A stretch of DNA of 64,000 bases. It comes from Candidatus Omnitrophota bacterium. Lineage in GTDB: Bacteria > Omnitrophota > Gorgyraeia > Duberdicusellales > 4484-171. The notes beneath the pieces were generated by a model. That model did no database searches, had not been told where the DNA came from, and worked only from the letters and a program-made list of their open reading frames with translations. Position 1 is the first letter of the stretch. The number at the start of each line of letters is the position of its first letter. A program made the translations under genes and the position numbers. Shown piece after piece: positions 20,501-29,520 of the stretch. The DNA lies in assembly GCA_041652815.1 (NCBI GenBank), contig JBAZGN010000001.1, positions 701,855 through 765,854 on the forward strand, written 5' to 3'.

Positions 20501-20624
20501 CCAGGAAGGCCAATATATAAAACAGATAACGGAATATATTAATATCCTAAAAGATATACACCCACAACACACAATCAAAGGATTTTTGCTTTATATGGAT
20601 ACTATGGCTATTAAGCAAATATGA
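17502..20624 (+). CDS. addA: AddA/RecB-like ATP-dependent helicase-nuclease (UvrD-like SF1 helicase plus C-terminal PD-(D/E)XK nuclease)
   Basis: Walker A EASAGSGKT; TFTNKATIEMKERI; IDEFQDTS; YVGDKKQAIYRFRGG; TIHKSKGLEFAVAIV; VALTRPKYELYIF; C-terminal IDRLII...VIDYKSS nuclease motif. Confidence 0.8.
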   Translation: MNNKIQSPEVVVVEASAGSGKTFALAKRYLQLIVSPVSSPQEILLRNILAITFTNKATIEMKERILELLKKIALEKFTSTEEEKDILGSLGLPLKDLSKKCQLIVDELIKHYNFFQVQTIDSFINAILSGCALNIDRSANFQIKNDYSQYLAYCFDLTLDAALTDKEIYDLLEDFLQHYLFVENRNGWFPKEDILKLIESLFQLSNRHAGAFIPYKGETSDLIKKRKYIYELIKELSLNFPEGLNANAIRSINNFLKHNNNIFDIADLPICLSVNKVPMNKEKDCEESFERKWKKIYKELTELIEFDAIIAYNPYIRLFHKFIYFFRLVSRKEDILFLEELNRKAHLLFSEDLGLPELYYRLATRFRHYLIDEFQDTSRLQWRNLEMMVEDALSTGGSLFYVGDKKQAIYRFRGGESRLFDLVKNNFSSRFNVISKHLTNNWRSQKAIVEFNNEIFSKENLRKAIVGCGMAQDLGQENINEVLDVFKDSSQSYQDTNQEGFVSVERIVGKTKQQNYDAVKLKLLTLIKELRTRFNYEDIAILARGNDEVELLSEWLLRERIPVESEKTLSISENHLVKEIISLLHFLNSPIDDLSFCSFVLGELFSAASKLTKAQITDFIFTLHKEDKTRDIFSLYLEFRNHYPQIWQVYFEELFKNVGFISPYELTIAIYSRFEVFKNFPNHQAFFMKLLELIKSKEADYVGLGQFLSYLESASIDDLYVDATHSDSIKVLTIHKSKGLEFAVAIVPFLRIDISPESGGKGTSSYITENDDDNLTLVRITKIHRQYSKTLKAIYGQNYKKACIDELNNIYVALTRPKYELYIFIPERSSNANNKALNFIPKDIVTRGRRVKYSMRKKDKQSLIVAIPSSNYKDWISSLQNEFRGLTSISLKEKILEGNIMHTVLSKVGNCINCDLDKIIEQAFLFAKDTYPEVYDFSKYLQKLTGIITKNEFKEFFYIEKGSIFCEKEIANNFGDLKRIDRLIIKEKDIYVIDYKSSEDQEGQYIKQITEYINILKDIHPQHTIKGFLLYMDTMAIKQI

Positions 20625-23446
20625 AAGAAACAGAAAGAGTATTAATTTATAATCTTGGTGAAAATATAATCGAAAAACTTGCCGATTACATCATAAGTAA
20701 TTCAAATGGCTCGCCTTGTGATTTTACCAGAATTGCCTGCGTGTTCGGAGGCAGGCGGCCGGGTTTATTTTTACGTAAAGATCTCGCCGCAAGATTAAAC
20801 AAATCTTTCTACCCGCCTTATATGTTTACGATAGATGAGTTTATGGAATATATAATCGGCAGGCAACCTGTTAAAAAAATAAAAGAGTTAGAAGCAGCTT
20901 ATCTTGTATATAAAATTGTAAAGAAACAGGCGCCTTATATATTAAAAAACCGCGACAGCTTTTCACAATTTTTACCCTGGGCACGGGAAATAAATTCATT
21001 CATAGAGCAGCTTGACCTGGAGGATATATCCGACACCCGGCTTTTAAATATAGAAAACAGCGCAAGTATAGGCTATGACGTGCCGCAAGGCATAAACAAA
21101 CTTCTTGAACATATAGTAAATATCCGCGCAAATTACCACAAATTGCTGGCCGAAAAAAATCTTTTCTCAAGAGGCCGTATTTATCGTGATGCTTCAAGTA
21201 AAGTTAAAGAACGAAAATTCGATGATTTTGACGTTGTAATTTTTTGTAATTTTTTCTATCTGCATAAAACAGAACTCAATGTTTTTAAGGAGATGCATAG
21301 TAATAAGAAAGGTGTATTTATATTCCAGGGGCAAGCCTGCGAGTGGTCAGTACTAAAGATGTGCGCAAAAGAAATGGATATTTCTATAAAAACCGATACG
21401 AAGAATGATTCTAAATATAAACTATCTCTCTATCAGGGTTTTGATATGCATTCGCAGGTAGCTTTAGTTCGAGAAATCGTAGATAAACTTGCGAATAAAG
21501 AAAAGACTTTGATTTTATTGCCGCGGCCTGAAAGCTTGATTCCCGTGCTTACGGAAGCCGCTGTAAAGTTGGATGAATTTAATGTTTCGATGGGTTATCC
21601 GGTTAAAAGAAGCCCCGTTTATGTTCTTTTTGACGCACTATTCGCGGCGCAGGAAAATAAAAAGAGCGATAAATATTATGTGCGTGATTATCTTAACCTG
21701 CTGCGTCATCCTTTGGTTAAAAATTTGAAAATAAGTGATGATTATGCAGTAACGCGCGTAATCATCCATAAAATAGAGGAATTAGTAAGAGGGGATGAAA
21801 AAAGCTTAATCGGTGGAAGCCTTTTCTTAAGTTTATCGGAGATAGAAGCCGAAGAAAAAATCTATACGCTAAGTGCAAAGACTCTAAGCAATATGGGTAT
21901 AGATATAGAAGAAGCAAAGTGTAAGGAGATACTGCAAAAAATCCATGATTTATTTTTTAGAATATGGGAAACTGCGGACAGTTTTTTAAGCTTCAGCGCT
22001 AATTTAGGCAATTTGCTTCGTGAGTTTTCAGATAAAAGCATGATTTCTAAATTTGCGTTTAACCTTAAGGTTATCGAGAAAATACAGCTTATGCAGGCGG
22101 AGATGGAGAGTTTATCTTTTAACGAAGAAAAATTTAACCCTATCGAAATCTGGGAAATTTTCCGCAGCCGCCTTGAATCAGAAGCTGTTTCTTTTTCCGG
22201 CTCTCCCTTGCGGGGCTTGCAGATACTCGGGCTTTTTGAAACAAGGTCATTACATTTTGAAAATGTAATAGTTATGGATGCGAATGAGTCTATACTTCCT
22301 AAATTAAAAATATATGAACCGCTTATCCCGCGCGAGGTAATGATTAATTTGGGCTTAAACCGGCTTGAAAAAGAGGAGGAGATACAGCGTTATCAGTTTA
22401 ATTCAATTATCAGCGGTGCAAAAAATGTGCATCTGGTTTATGAAAAAAATCAGGAAAAAGAAAAAAGCCGATTTATCGAAGAGCTTCTTTGGAAAATGCA
22501 AAAAGAAGAGAAGTCTCTTGAGGTTATAAATATTCCAAGAGCAGCATTTAATATTACCATAAGCGCGGATGAATTCTTTGCAGAGAAAACAGGCGATATG
22601 GTTGATTTTTTAAAAACACGCAAATATTCCGCAAGCCGTATTAATTCTTATCTTAATTGCCCGATGCAGTTTTACTATCAATATGTTTTGGGCTTAAGTA
22701 AACAGGACGATCTTCTTGATGAGCCCCAGGCTTCGCATATCGGAACATTTATACATGAACTTCTGGAGGCCGCTTTTATGAAGTTTAAAGGAGCCAGGCC
22801 GGTAATCGATAGAGATTTTAGAAAATATTTCAACGCTTGTATGGATAAAAAGTTCGAAGAGGAATTAAAACCCAGGATGAAATCCGATTCCTTCCTTCTT
22901 AAAAAAATTATCGAAAAACGGCTTATGCAGTTTCTTGACAGGGAAATTGAGCGTGATGTAGAAAGAATAATCTGCCTTGAGGAAAGAAGGGAAGATTCAA
23001 TTGAAATCAACGGACGGAAAATTGATTTTGTCTATACTGTCGACAGAATAGATGAGTTTAAAGATAAAAGTATCATAATCATCGATTATAAAACAGGCGG
23101 TTCAGACGTAAGTCCTAAAAGGTTACAGGCTTTGGAGTTGATGAAGTTAGACATAGAATCCATAAGAGAAAATATAAAATCGTTTCAGTTACCCCTGTAT
23201 TATTATTTTGTATCAAAAGAGTTTAAGGAAAGAACTGTAAACGCGCAAATATACAATCTGCGTACCCTTGAAAGGAAATCTTTTATCAGTGATGATGAGC
23301 TTGGGCAGGGACGGGACATGATGAAAATATGTCTTGATGCTTTAAGCGTGGTTCTTTCAGAAATTTTTGACCCCAAAGTCAATTTTATCCCCAATAAAGA
23401 CGAAAGAAAATGTGAATTTTGTTCTTTCCGGGCGCTATGCAGATAG
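20621..23446 (+). CDS. addB: AddB-like helicase-nuclease subunit (PD-(D/E)XK nuclease with C-terminal Fe-S cysteine cluster)
   Basis: YLNCPMQFYYQYVLGL, TVDRIDEFKDKSIIIIDYKTG, terminal KCEFCSFRALC; 4-nt overlap with addA. Confidence 0.7.
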   Translation: MKETERVLIYNLGENIIEKLADYIISNSNGSPCDFTRIACVFGGRRPGLFLRKDLAARLNKSFYPPYMFTIDEFMEYIIGRQPVKKIKELEAAYLVYKIVKKQAPYILKNRDSFSQFLPWAREINSFIEQLDLEDISDTRLLNIENSASIGYDVPQGINKLLEHIVNIRANYHKLLAEKNLFSRGRIYRDASSKVKERKFDDFDVVIFCNFFYLHKTELNVFKEMHSNKKGVFIFQGQACEWSVLKMCAKEMDISIKTDTKNDSKYKLSLYQGFDMHSQVALVREIVDKLANKEKTLILLPRPESLIPVLTEAAVKLDEFNVSMGYPVKRSPVYVLFDALFAAQENKKSDKYYVRDYLNLLRHPLVKNLKISDDYAVTRVIIHKIEELVRGDEKSLIGGSLFLSLSEIEAEEKIYTLSAKTLSNMGIDIEEAKCKEILQKIHDLFFRIWETADSFLSFSANLGNLLREFSDKSMISKFAFNLKVIEKIQLMQAEMESLSFNEEKFNPIEIWEIFRSRLESEAVSFSGSPLRGLQILGLFETRSLHFENVIVMDANESILPKLKIYEPLIPREVMINLGLNRLEKEEEIQRYQFNSIISGAKNVHLVYEKNQEKEKSRFIEELLWKMQKEEKSLEVINIPRAAFNITISADEFFAEKTGDMVDFLKTRKYSASRINSYLNCPMQFYYQYVLGLSKQDDLLDEPQASHIGTFIHELLEAAFMKFKGARPVIDRDFRKYFNACMDKKFEEELKPRMKSDSFLLKKIIEKRLMQFLDREIERDVERIICLEERREDSIEINGRKIDFVYTVDRIDEFKDKSIIIIDYKTGGSDVSPKRLQALELMKLDIESIRENIKSFQLPLYYYFVSKEFKERTVNAQIYNLRTLERKSFISDDELGQGRDMMKICLDALSVVLSEIFDPKVNFIPNKDERKCEFCSFRALCR

Positions 23447-23458
23447 AAACATTTCTAT

Positions 23459-23485
23459 TCCCAATAACAGCTCTTTAGTGTAAAA
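23459..23485 (+). promoter_or_regulatory. Candidate promoter (TTCCCA-17-TAAAAT) driving the structured leader and DEAD-box helicase
   Basis: ttccca 23459-23464, taaaat 23480-23485. Confidence 0.3.
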
Positions 23486-23526
23486 TATACATATTTCGGG
23501 AGCCTCACAGGGGCGCTGCCCCGTCA

Positions 23527-23626
23527 TTTATCCCGTTAGAAAATATCCTGCGGCTTGCCGTAGGGTTATTCAAATCTTACCAATGCGGAGCTTAATGCTT
23601 CATGTGAGTTTTCTAACGGGATTTAT
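23527..23626 (+). ncRNA. Structured ~100-nt leader element, copy 1 (second copy at 50860-50960)
   Basis: outer stem atcccgttagaaaa / ttttctaacgggat, inner hairpin cctgcggcttgccgtaggg, third hairpin agc-ttaat-gct; compensatory changes versus copy 2. Confidence 0.5.
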
Positions 23627-23752
23627 CGCAGGTTAACCGCGTAACCTAAAAAATGCTTTTAGTGGCGCAATTAACCCGCACACTCTGCCCTAGAGACTAC
23701 CCAGCAGGTTAGCAAAAAGATAAACATTTTCGTCAAAAATGAGGTAAAAACT

Positions 23753-25366
23753 ATGGAAGAATTAGCAGCTTTTAAAAAACTTGGATTATCGGAGAATTGC
23801 CTCGAAGCTCTGGGAAAAAAGGGTTTTGAGGAGCCTACTTTGATTCAGGATAAAATTATCCCTCTTTTTCTTGGGAAAGATATCGATATTATCGGCCAGG
23901 CGCAGACAGGTACGGGCAAAACTGCAGCTTTCGGCCTTCCTTTGATTGAAAAATTAAAAGTAGGTTCGCGCTATCCGCAGGCGCTTATCCTGACGCCGAC
24001 AAGAGAACTTGCTTTACAGGTGGCTCAGGAGATAAATTCACTTAAAGGCAATAAAAATTTACAGATTGCAGCTGTATACGGTGGCCAATCCATAGAAGAA
24101 CAATTAAGAAGGTTGCATAGAGGAGTTGATATAGTTGTTGGAACCCCCGGAAGAATACTTGACCATCTTCGGCGCAAAAGCCTAAATCTTGCAACAATAG
24201 ATTATCTTATTCTTGATGAGGCGGATGAAATGCTGAATATGGGTTTTATCGAAGATGTAGAAGAAATTTTAAAACATACAAATAAAAATAAAAGAATATT
24301 GCTTTTTTCGGCAACCATGCCCGAGAGAATAGTGAGCCTCGCCAAAAGGTATATGAAAGAATATGAAATAATAAGAATTAAGGCAGAGCAACCCACAGTT
24401 GCGCTTACAGACCAGATATATTTCGAAGTTCAATATGCAGATAAGCTTGAAGCGCTGTGCCGCATAATAGATGTGGAGCATGAATTTTATGGATTGGTTT
24501 TTTGCCGGACCAAGATAGACGTGGATGAACTTGCGAAAAAACTTATGGACCGGGGTTATGATGCGGAAGCTCTGCATGGCGATATATCGCAATTTCAGAG
24601 AGAACGTATTCTTGATAAATTCAAGAAAAAACGAATCAATATTTTGGTTGCTACAGATGTTGCAGCGCGCGGTATAGATATAATTAATTTAACGCATGTT
24701 ATTAACTATTCCCTTCCTCAGGATCCTGAATCCTACGTGCACAGAATAGGCCGCACCGGAAGAGCCGGAAAAGAGGGCACCGCCATAACATTTGTTACAC
24801 CTGACGAAACCAGAAAACTGATTTTTATAAAGCGTATCGCAAAAACAAACATAAGAAAAGAACGCTTACCGCAAATTTCCGAAATTATCCGGACAAAAAA
24901 AGAAAAAATAAAAGAAAGGCTCGAAGCTATTCTCGGATCTGAGTCCTACATGGATTATCTAAGCCTTGCGGAGGATATGTTAAAAGAGCAGGATGCTAGA
25001 ATTGTGCTTGCGTCACTGCTTAAACATACCTTTGGAGATGAGCTTGATGAAAAAAGCTATAACGAAATAAGGGATGTTTCAATCGACACAAAAGGAAAAG
25101 CCCGCCTTTTCGTTGCCTTGGGCAGCATAGACCATATAAATGCGCAAAAACTGGTTGATTTTATAAGAGAAAAAACCCGCGTAGACAGCCGCAAAATTCA
25201 GGACGTAAGAATCTTTGAAAAATTTTCTTTTGTGACCGTTCCTTTTGAGGAGGCAGAAATAATAGTCCAGACCTTTAAGAAATTAGGAACAGGCAAAAGG
25301 CCGATAATTGAGATAGCAAGAGAAAGGAAAGGCCCAAGGGAAGGCTATAGAAATCCTAAACGTTAG
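23753..25366 (+). CDS. DEAD-box ATP-dependent RNA helicase with C-terminal DbpA-type RNA-binding domain
   Basis: AQTGTGKTAAF, PTRELA, DEAD, SAT, HRIGRTGRAG; C-terminal RRM-like extension. Confidence 0.9.
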   Translation: MEELAAFKKLGLSENCLEALGKKGFEEPTLIQDKIIPLFLGKDIDIIGQAQTGTGKTAAFGLPLIEKLKVGSRYPQALILTPTRELALQVAQEINSLKGNKNLQIAAVYGGQSIEEQLRRLHRGVDIVVGTPGRILDHLRRKSLNLATIDYLILDEADEMLNMGFIEDVEEILKHTNKNKRILLFSATMPERIVSLAKRYMKEYEIIRIKAEQPTVALTDQIYFEVQYADKLEALCRIIDVEHEFYGLVFCRTKIDVDELAKKLMDRGYDAEALHGDISQFQRERILDKFKKKRINILVATDVAARGIDIINLTHVINYSLPQDPESYVHRIGRTGRAGKEGTAITFVTPDETRKLIFIKRIAKTNIRKERLPQISEIIRTKKEKIKERLEAILGSESYMDYLSLAEDMLKEQDARIVLASLLKHTFGDELDEKSYNEIRDVSIDTKGKARLFVALGSIDHINAQKLVDFIREKTRVDSRKIQDVRIFEKFSFVTVPFEEAEIIVQTFKKLGTGKRPIIEIARERKGPREGYRNPKR

Positions 25367-25429
25367 ATAGTAATTTGCAGAAAAAATAGTTCATCCTACG
25401 TGCTAAATAAAGAAAGCATTTAAAAGCTA

Positions 25430-26155
25430 ATGGATATTTTAACCGAAAGAGTAGAGCTAATTGGCATAACCCGATACGTATATAAAACTATGGGGCGTGC
25501 CATTTCCGATTACGGCATGCTTGAAGATAAAGACCGGGTCCTCGTCGCAGTTTCCGGAGGCCTGGACAGCCTTTCACTTCTTAAGCTTTTTATAATGCGT
25601 AAAGCGCGTATACCTATAGATTTTGAAATAGTTGCTTGTTTTGTGGATACAAATTTTATAGAAGTGGACAAAGATATATTAATGAACTATTTTAATTTAA
25701 ACGGGATAGAGTATGTAACAAAAGAAATGTCGATTGTGAAAGATGAAATAAACTGTTTCTGGTGTTCCTGGAATAGAAGGAAAGCGCTTTTTGAAGCCGC
25801 CCGTGAGAATAAGTGTAATAAACTTGCCCTGGGGCATAATCTTGACGATATAAATGAAACAACTTTGATGAACATGTTTTTTAACGGAGAAATAACTACA
25901 ATGCCGCCAAAGGTAGAATTATTCGACGGCGCATTAACGGTTATCAGGCCTTTATGTTATATAGAAAAAGAAAAAATAGAGGAATTTTCCAAGCAATTTG
26001 ATTTTCCGGATACGCAATACAAATGCCCTTACGGCCAAGATTCCCAGCGGCAGGCAGTTAAAGAGATTATCGAAAAGTTACACGAGAAACACCCTTTTGT
26101 AAAAAAGAATATTTTCTGTTCATTAAAGAGGATAAGGAAAGATTATCTTGTCTAA
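25430..26155 (+). CDS. PP-loop ATPase, tRNA 2-thiocytidine synthase-like (TtcA/TtuA family)
   Basis: VAVSGGLDSLSLL PP-loop; CFWC and C-P-Y-G cysteine motifs. Confidence 0.6.
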   Translation: MDILTERVELIGITRYVYKTMGRAISDYGMLEDKDRVLVAVSGGLDSLSLLKLFIMRKARIPIDFEIVACFVDTNFIEVDKDILMNYFNLNGIEYVTKEMSIVKDEINCFWCSWNRRKALFEAARENKCNKLALGHNLDDINETTLMNMFFNGEITTMPPKVELFDGALTVIRPLCYIEKEKIEEFSKQFDFPDTQYKCPYGQDSQRQAVKEIIEKLHEKHPFVKKNIFCSLKRIRKDYLV

Positions 26156-26222
26156 GGCACGAATTACTACTGATTTGAAACGAATTTACACGAATAAATT
26201 CATGGCGATTCGTTTGTAATTT

Positions 26223-26237
26223 CCCGCCTTTGGCGGG
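26223..26237. terminator. GC hairpin cccgcctttggcggg (same palindrome recurs at 63656-63670)
   Basis: perfect 6-bp stem in an AT-rich intergenic region. Confidence 0.35.
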
Positions 26238-26279
26238 ATCCCGCTAAATAAAATATTAAGGTGCGGGACGTGGATATTC

Positions 26280-26927
26280 GTGCAAAAAAAGATGTCAAAA
26301 AAAATACTAATAACTGCCGGGCCAACCTGGATTAAAATTGATAATGTGCGGGTTATTACCACTATATTTAGCGGCACAACCGGTATATTTCTTGCAAAGA
26401 ATTTTAGAAGGCTTGGCTATCGGGTAACGCTTGTTGTAAACTCTCCGCATCTGGATAAAACAGAATTAAACGGCATAAAAGTAATTCCTTTTAAATATTT
26501 CGAAGATTTTAAAGAAAAGATTACAAGGGAGCTAAAAACCGGTTGTTATGATACAATAATACATAGCGCAGCCGTAAGTGACTATAAACTATGCAAGGCG
26601 TTTAAAGGAAAAATTGTTTCCGGGAAAAAATCGCTTATATTGAAATTGACTCCGGCAGAAAAAATAATAAAAATGATAAGAAAATTACAGAAAAACGCAA
26701 ATCTGATTCAATTTAAACTGGAAATAAAAAGAAAAAGCTTAATTAAGAAAGCTTTAAAAAGCTTAAAGCAAAATAAAAGCGATTTTGTGATAGCAAATGC
26801 CCTGGAGGATTTAAAGCTTGGATATAAATCATTTATGATAGATAAAAATGGCAATACGCTTGTACTTAATTCAAAAAAAGCTCTTTTTGAAAGGCTTGAG
26901 AATATTGCAGAATGCGGGGGTAGCTAA
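26280..26927 (+). CDS. coaB: Phosphopantothenate--cysteine ligase (stand-alone CoaB domain)
   Basis: KILITAGPTWIKIDNVRVITTIFSGTTG matches the CoaB ILVTAGPTxEPIDPVRxISNxSSG signature. Confidence 0.7.
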   Translation: MQKKMSKKILITAGPTWIKIDNVRVITTIFSGTTGIFLAKNFRRLGYRVTLVVNSPHLDKTELNGIKVIPFKYFEDFKEKITRELKTGCYDTIIHSAAVSDYKLCKAFKGKIVSGKKSLILKLTPAEKIIKMIRKLQKNANLIQFKLEIKRKSLIKKALKSLKQNKSDFVIANALEDLKLGYKSFMIDKNGNTLVLNSKKALFERLENIAECGGS

Positions 26928-27472
26928 TGAAAAAAAATATTTTAATCGGAGTGTGCGCAGGCATAGCTTCTTATAAAACATGCGAGTTAGTCAGGCTTCT
27001 TGTTAATGATGGTTTTTCTGTAAAAGTCCTAATGACGGAAAGTGCGACGAAATTTGTTTCGCCCCTAGTATTTCAAACACTTTCAACCAATATGGTTTAT
27101 CTTGATATGTTTGCTCCGGCAAAGGAGGAAGGCATTAAGCATATAGAGCTAACCGAATGGGCAGATATCTGTGTTGTTGCACCCTTAACCGCAAATACGC
27201 TTTCAAAAATCGCAAATGGTATATGTGATAATCTTCTTACGACAGTAATTTGCGCTTTGCCGGCTACGAAAAAAATAATTTTTGCTCCTGCCATGAATAC
27301 AAATATGTGGAATAATCTGATAATTCAAGATAATGTAGCTAAGCTTAAAAATTTAAAAAGATATATTTTCTTGAATCCCGGGCGAGGCTTACTTGCTTGC
27401 GGAGATTACGGAGAAGGAAGGATGCCTGAACCAGAGGAAATTTACAATAAAATAAAGACGAGCTTAAAATAA
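26927..27472 (+). CDS. coaC: Phosphopantothenoylcysteine decarboxylase (stand-alone flavoprotein CoaC)
   Basis: ILIGVCAGIASYKTCELVRLL, PAMNTNMW; TAATG overlap with coaB. Confidence 0.8.
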   Translation: MKKNILIGVCAGIASYKTCELVRLLVNDGFSVKVLMTESATKFVSPLVFQTLSTNMVYLDMFAPAKEEGIKHIELTEWADICVVAPLTANTLSKIANGICDNLLTTVICALPATKKIIFAPAMNTNMWNNLIIQDNVAKLKNLKRYIFLNPGRGLLACGDYGEGRMPEPEEIYNKIKTSLK

Positions 27473-27480
27473 TCCTATAT

Positions 27481-28425
27481 ATGAATATATATATATTCCT
27501 GGGTGTAATAATCGTTTTGCTTATTGTCATCTTTATCATTCTTTTAAGAATGAATAAAAGCACGCAGGATAATTTACTTCATCAAAAAATAGATTATATT
27601 AAAGATGAATTCACAAAAAATATACTTCAGTCTCAGTCGAACTCCCTGCAAGCCTCTAAAAACCTGTTAGGGGAATTATCTAAGCTGTATGAAAAAATAG
27701 GCAATTTAGACCGGGATAGTTCGCAGATACTAAGTCTTACCAAATCTTTCCACGATATATTAAAGCCTACCAAAGCAAGAGGGGTCGTCGGCGAAATAAT
27801 ATTAGATGCGCTAATAAGAGATATTTTGCCGGCAGATGTTATACTTACGCAGCATACGTTTAGAAACGGTAAAAAAGTAGATTTTATAATTAAACTTCCT
27901 CAGGGGCTCGTTCCGATAGATGCCAAGTTTTCTCTGGATACATTTAAAAGCTATATCGAAGCGCAGGAGGCAGATAGAGAAAAACTTAAAAAAACATTTT
28001 TGGACGGTGTAAAGAAAAGAATAGACGAAACTTCAACGTATATTTTTACCGACGAAGGTACAACTGATTTTTGCCTTATGTATGTGCCATCGGAAGCGGT
28101 ATATTATTCGATAGTTACCGAAACAACCATGCTGGATTACGCACACGCAAAACGGGTGTTTGTTGTAGGCCCCAGCACGCTTTATGCTTATTTAAAGACC
28201 ATATTTATAGGGCTGAATGCTTTAAAGATAGAAAAGAAAGCTAAAGAAATTTATGATATCTTAAGAAGGCTTGATGGGGATATAAAAATTATATTGCAGG
28301 ACCACGCGGTATTAGGCACACATTTAAGAAATGCTTCTTTAAAATATGACGATGTAAAAAAGAAAATAGAAAGCGTATCTTTAAAAATAGACTCAATGGG
28401 CAAATCCGATGACGATAAAAGTTAA
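27481..28425 (+). CDS. rmuC: DNA recombination protein RmuC
   Basis: N-terminal TM helix, coiled coil, LMYVPSEAVYYSIV RmuC core. Confidence 0.7.
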   Translation: MNIYIFLGVIIVLLIVIFIILLRMNKSTQDNLLHQKIDYIKDEFTKNILQSQSNSLQASKNLLGELSKLYEKIGNLDRDSSQILSLTKSFHDILKPTKARGVVGEIILDALIRDILPADVILTQHTFRNGKKVDFIIKLPQGLVPIDAKFSLDTFKSYIEAQEADREKLKKTFLDGVKKRIDETSTYIFTDEGTTDFCLMYVPSEAVYYSIVTETTMLDYAHAKRVFVVGPSTLYAYLKTIFIGLNALKIEKKAKEIYDILRRLDGDIKIILQDHAVLGTHLRNASLKYDDVKKKIESVSLKIDSMGKSDDDKS

Positions 28426-28624
28426 AGTTATCCCCCGGGCAAAAAAAGAAAAGATAGAAAAAATCGAAGGTACTTTAAAAGTATATATTAAAGCGCCTGC
28501 CATAGAAAACAGGGCAAACAAAAGGTTGATAGAGCTTATTGCCGATTATTTCAAGGTAAAAAAATACAACATAAGTATTATAAAAGGCGAAACCAGCCGC
28601 GAAAAGGTAATAGAAATCATCTAA
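28409..28624 (+). CDS. DUF167 (YggU) family protein
   Basis: KVKVIPRAKKEKIEK...LKVYIKAPAIENRANKRLIELIADYF. Confidence 0.6.
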   Translation: MTIKVKVIPRAKKEKIEKIEGTLKVYIKAPAIENRANKRLIELIADYFKVKKYNISIIKGETSREKVIEII

Positions 28625-28628
28625 TCAG

Positions 28629-29327
28629 TTGTTTTTAAAAACTAAAAATACCGTGGTAAGACTGCGAGAAAAAGAGAATTGTTTTTTTATAGAGAATTTA
28701 TTCGAAGAAAATATTGTTGCAGGATTCAGCAAGCCAACATTTAAAGGTAATGTCTTAGAGGATATCCCTCAGATATTTGAACCTTCTTCAGAAAATTTTA
28801 AAATAGCTTTCCTCAATCAAGTCCATTCTTCAACAATTCATTCAATACAAAAACAAGGCTGTTTCGAGGGGGATGGGCTTATTACAAAAAAAACAGGTAT
28901 TATATGTGTGGTAAGGACTGCGGATTGTATGCCAATTTTTTTAAGCAGCGAAGAGCTGGGTATAATTGGTATCATACATATGGGCTGGCGCGGAGCAAAA
29001 AAGGGGATACTTGATAATATTAAATATGCCTTAAAATCATTTAAGGCAATTGCCGGGCTTGGTATGAGGCAGTGTTGTTATAAGGTGGGCAGGGAGTTTT
29101 TAGAGTACCCTGAGTTTAGCGAATTTTTGAGAAAAGATGATAATGACTTATATTTTAATCCTATAGATTTTATCGAGAAACGCCTTACAGCACACGGTTT
29201 GAGAGAGGATAATTTTTTTGATTTAAACATGTGTAGTCATTGTTCAAAAGAAAACTTTTTTTCTTTTAGGAGAGACTCAACCGATAATCGTACGCTGTCA
29301 TTCATCGTTAAAACAGGGAAAGCTTAG
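28629..29327 (+). CDS. YfiH/PgeF laccase-domain protein (purine nucleoside phosphorylase family)
   Basis: FLNQVHSSTIH, CVVRTADCMPIF, HMGWRG. Confidence 0.7.
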   Translation: MFLKTKNTVVRLREKENCFFIENLFEENIVAGFSKPTFKGNVLEDIPQIFEPSSENFKIAFLNQVHSSTIHSIQKQGCFEGDGLITKKTGIICVVRTADCMPIFLSSEELGIIGIIHMGWRGAKKGILDNIKYALKSFKAIAGLGMRQCCYKVGREFLEYPEFSEFLRKDDNDLYFNPIDFIEKRLTAHGLREDNFFDLNMCSHCSKENFFSFRRDSTDNRTLSFIVKTGKA

Positions 29328-29355
29328 ATATTTTGATAATCCGTGGTTAACTATT

Positions 29356-29410
29356 ATCCCGCCCTTTCTTACCTATGAATAATTTATTTTAAGGTATGAA
29401 AGGGCGGGAT
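29356..29410 (+). terminator. Strong hairpin (13-bp perfect stem atcccgccctttc / gaaagggcgggat)
   Basis: seen directly. Confidence 0.45.
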
Positions 29411-29434
29411 AAATTCACAGACGCTCCGCTATAA

Positions 29435-29462
29435 TTTTCTGCTGTTTAAAGACAGCAGAAAA
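29435..29462 (+). terminator. Hairpin ttttctgctgt-ttaaag-acagcagaaaa (11-bp stem)
   Basis: seen directly; A/T runs on both sides, could act bidirectionally. Confidence 0.45.
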
Positions 29463-29520
29463 TTATCTGTTCATTAAAAATTTATATGATACAATTATAA
29501 ATTCTTAGTTTTAAACTAAA

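Noticed and set aside
22053-22268. 71-aa plus-strand ORF
   Set aside because: Alternative frame inside addB. Arg/Leu-rich nonsense.
23490-23720. tmRNA / RNase P RNA / SRP RNA candidates in the 300-bp addB-helicase spacer
   Set aside because: No tRNA-like acceptor/T-arm (tmRNA), no GGAAAGUCCGGGCUCC-type RNase P core, no GGUGCUGUUUACC SRP motif. The element is better explained as the duplicated structured leader.
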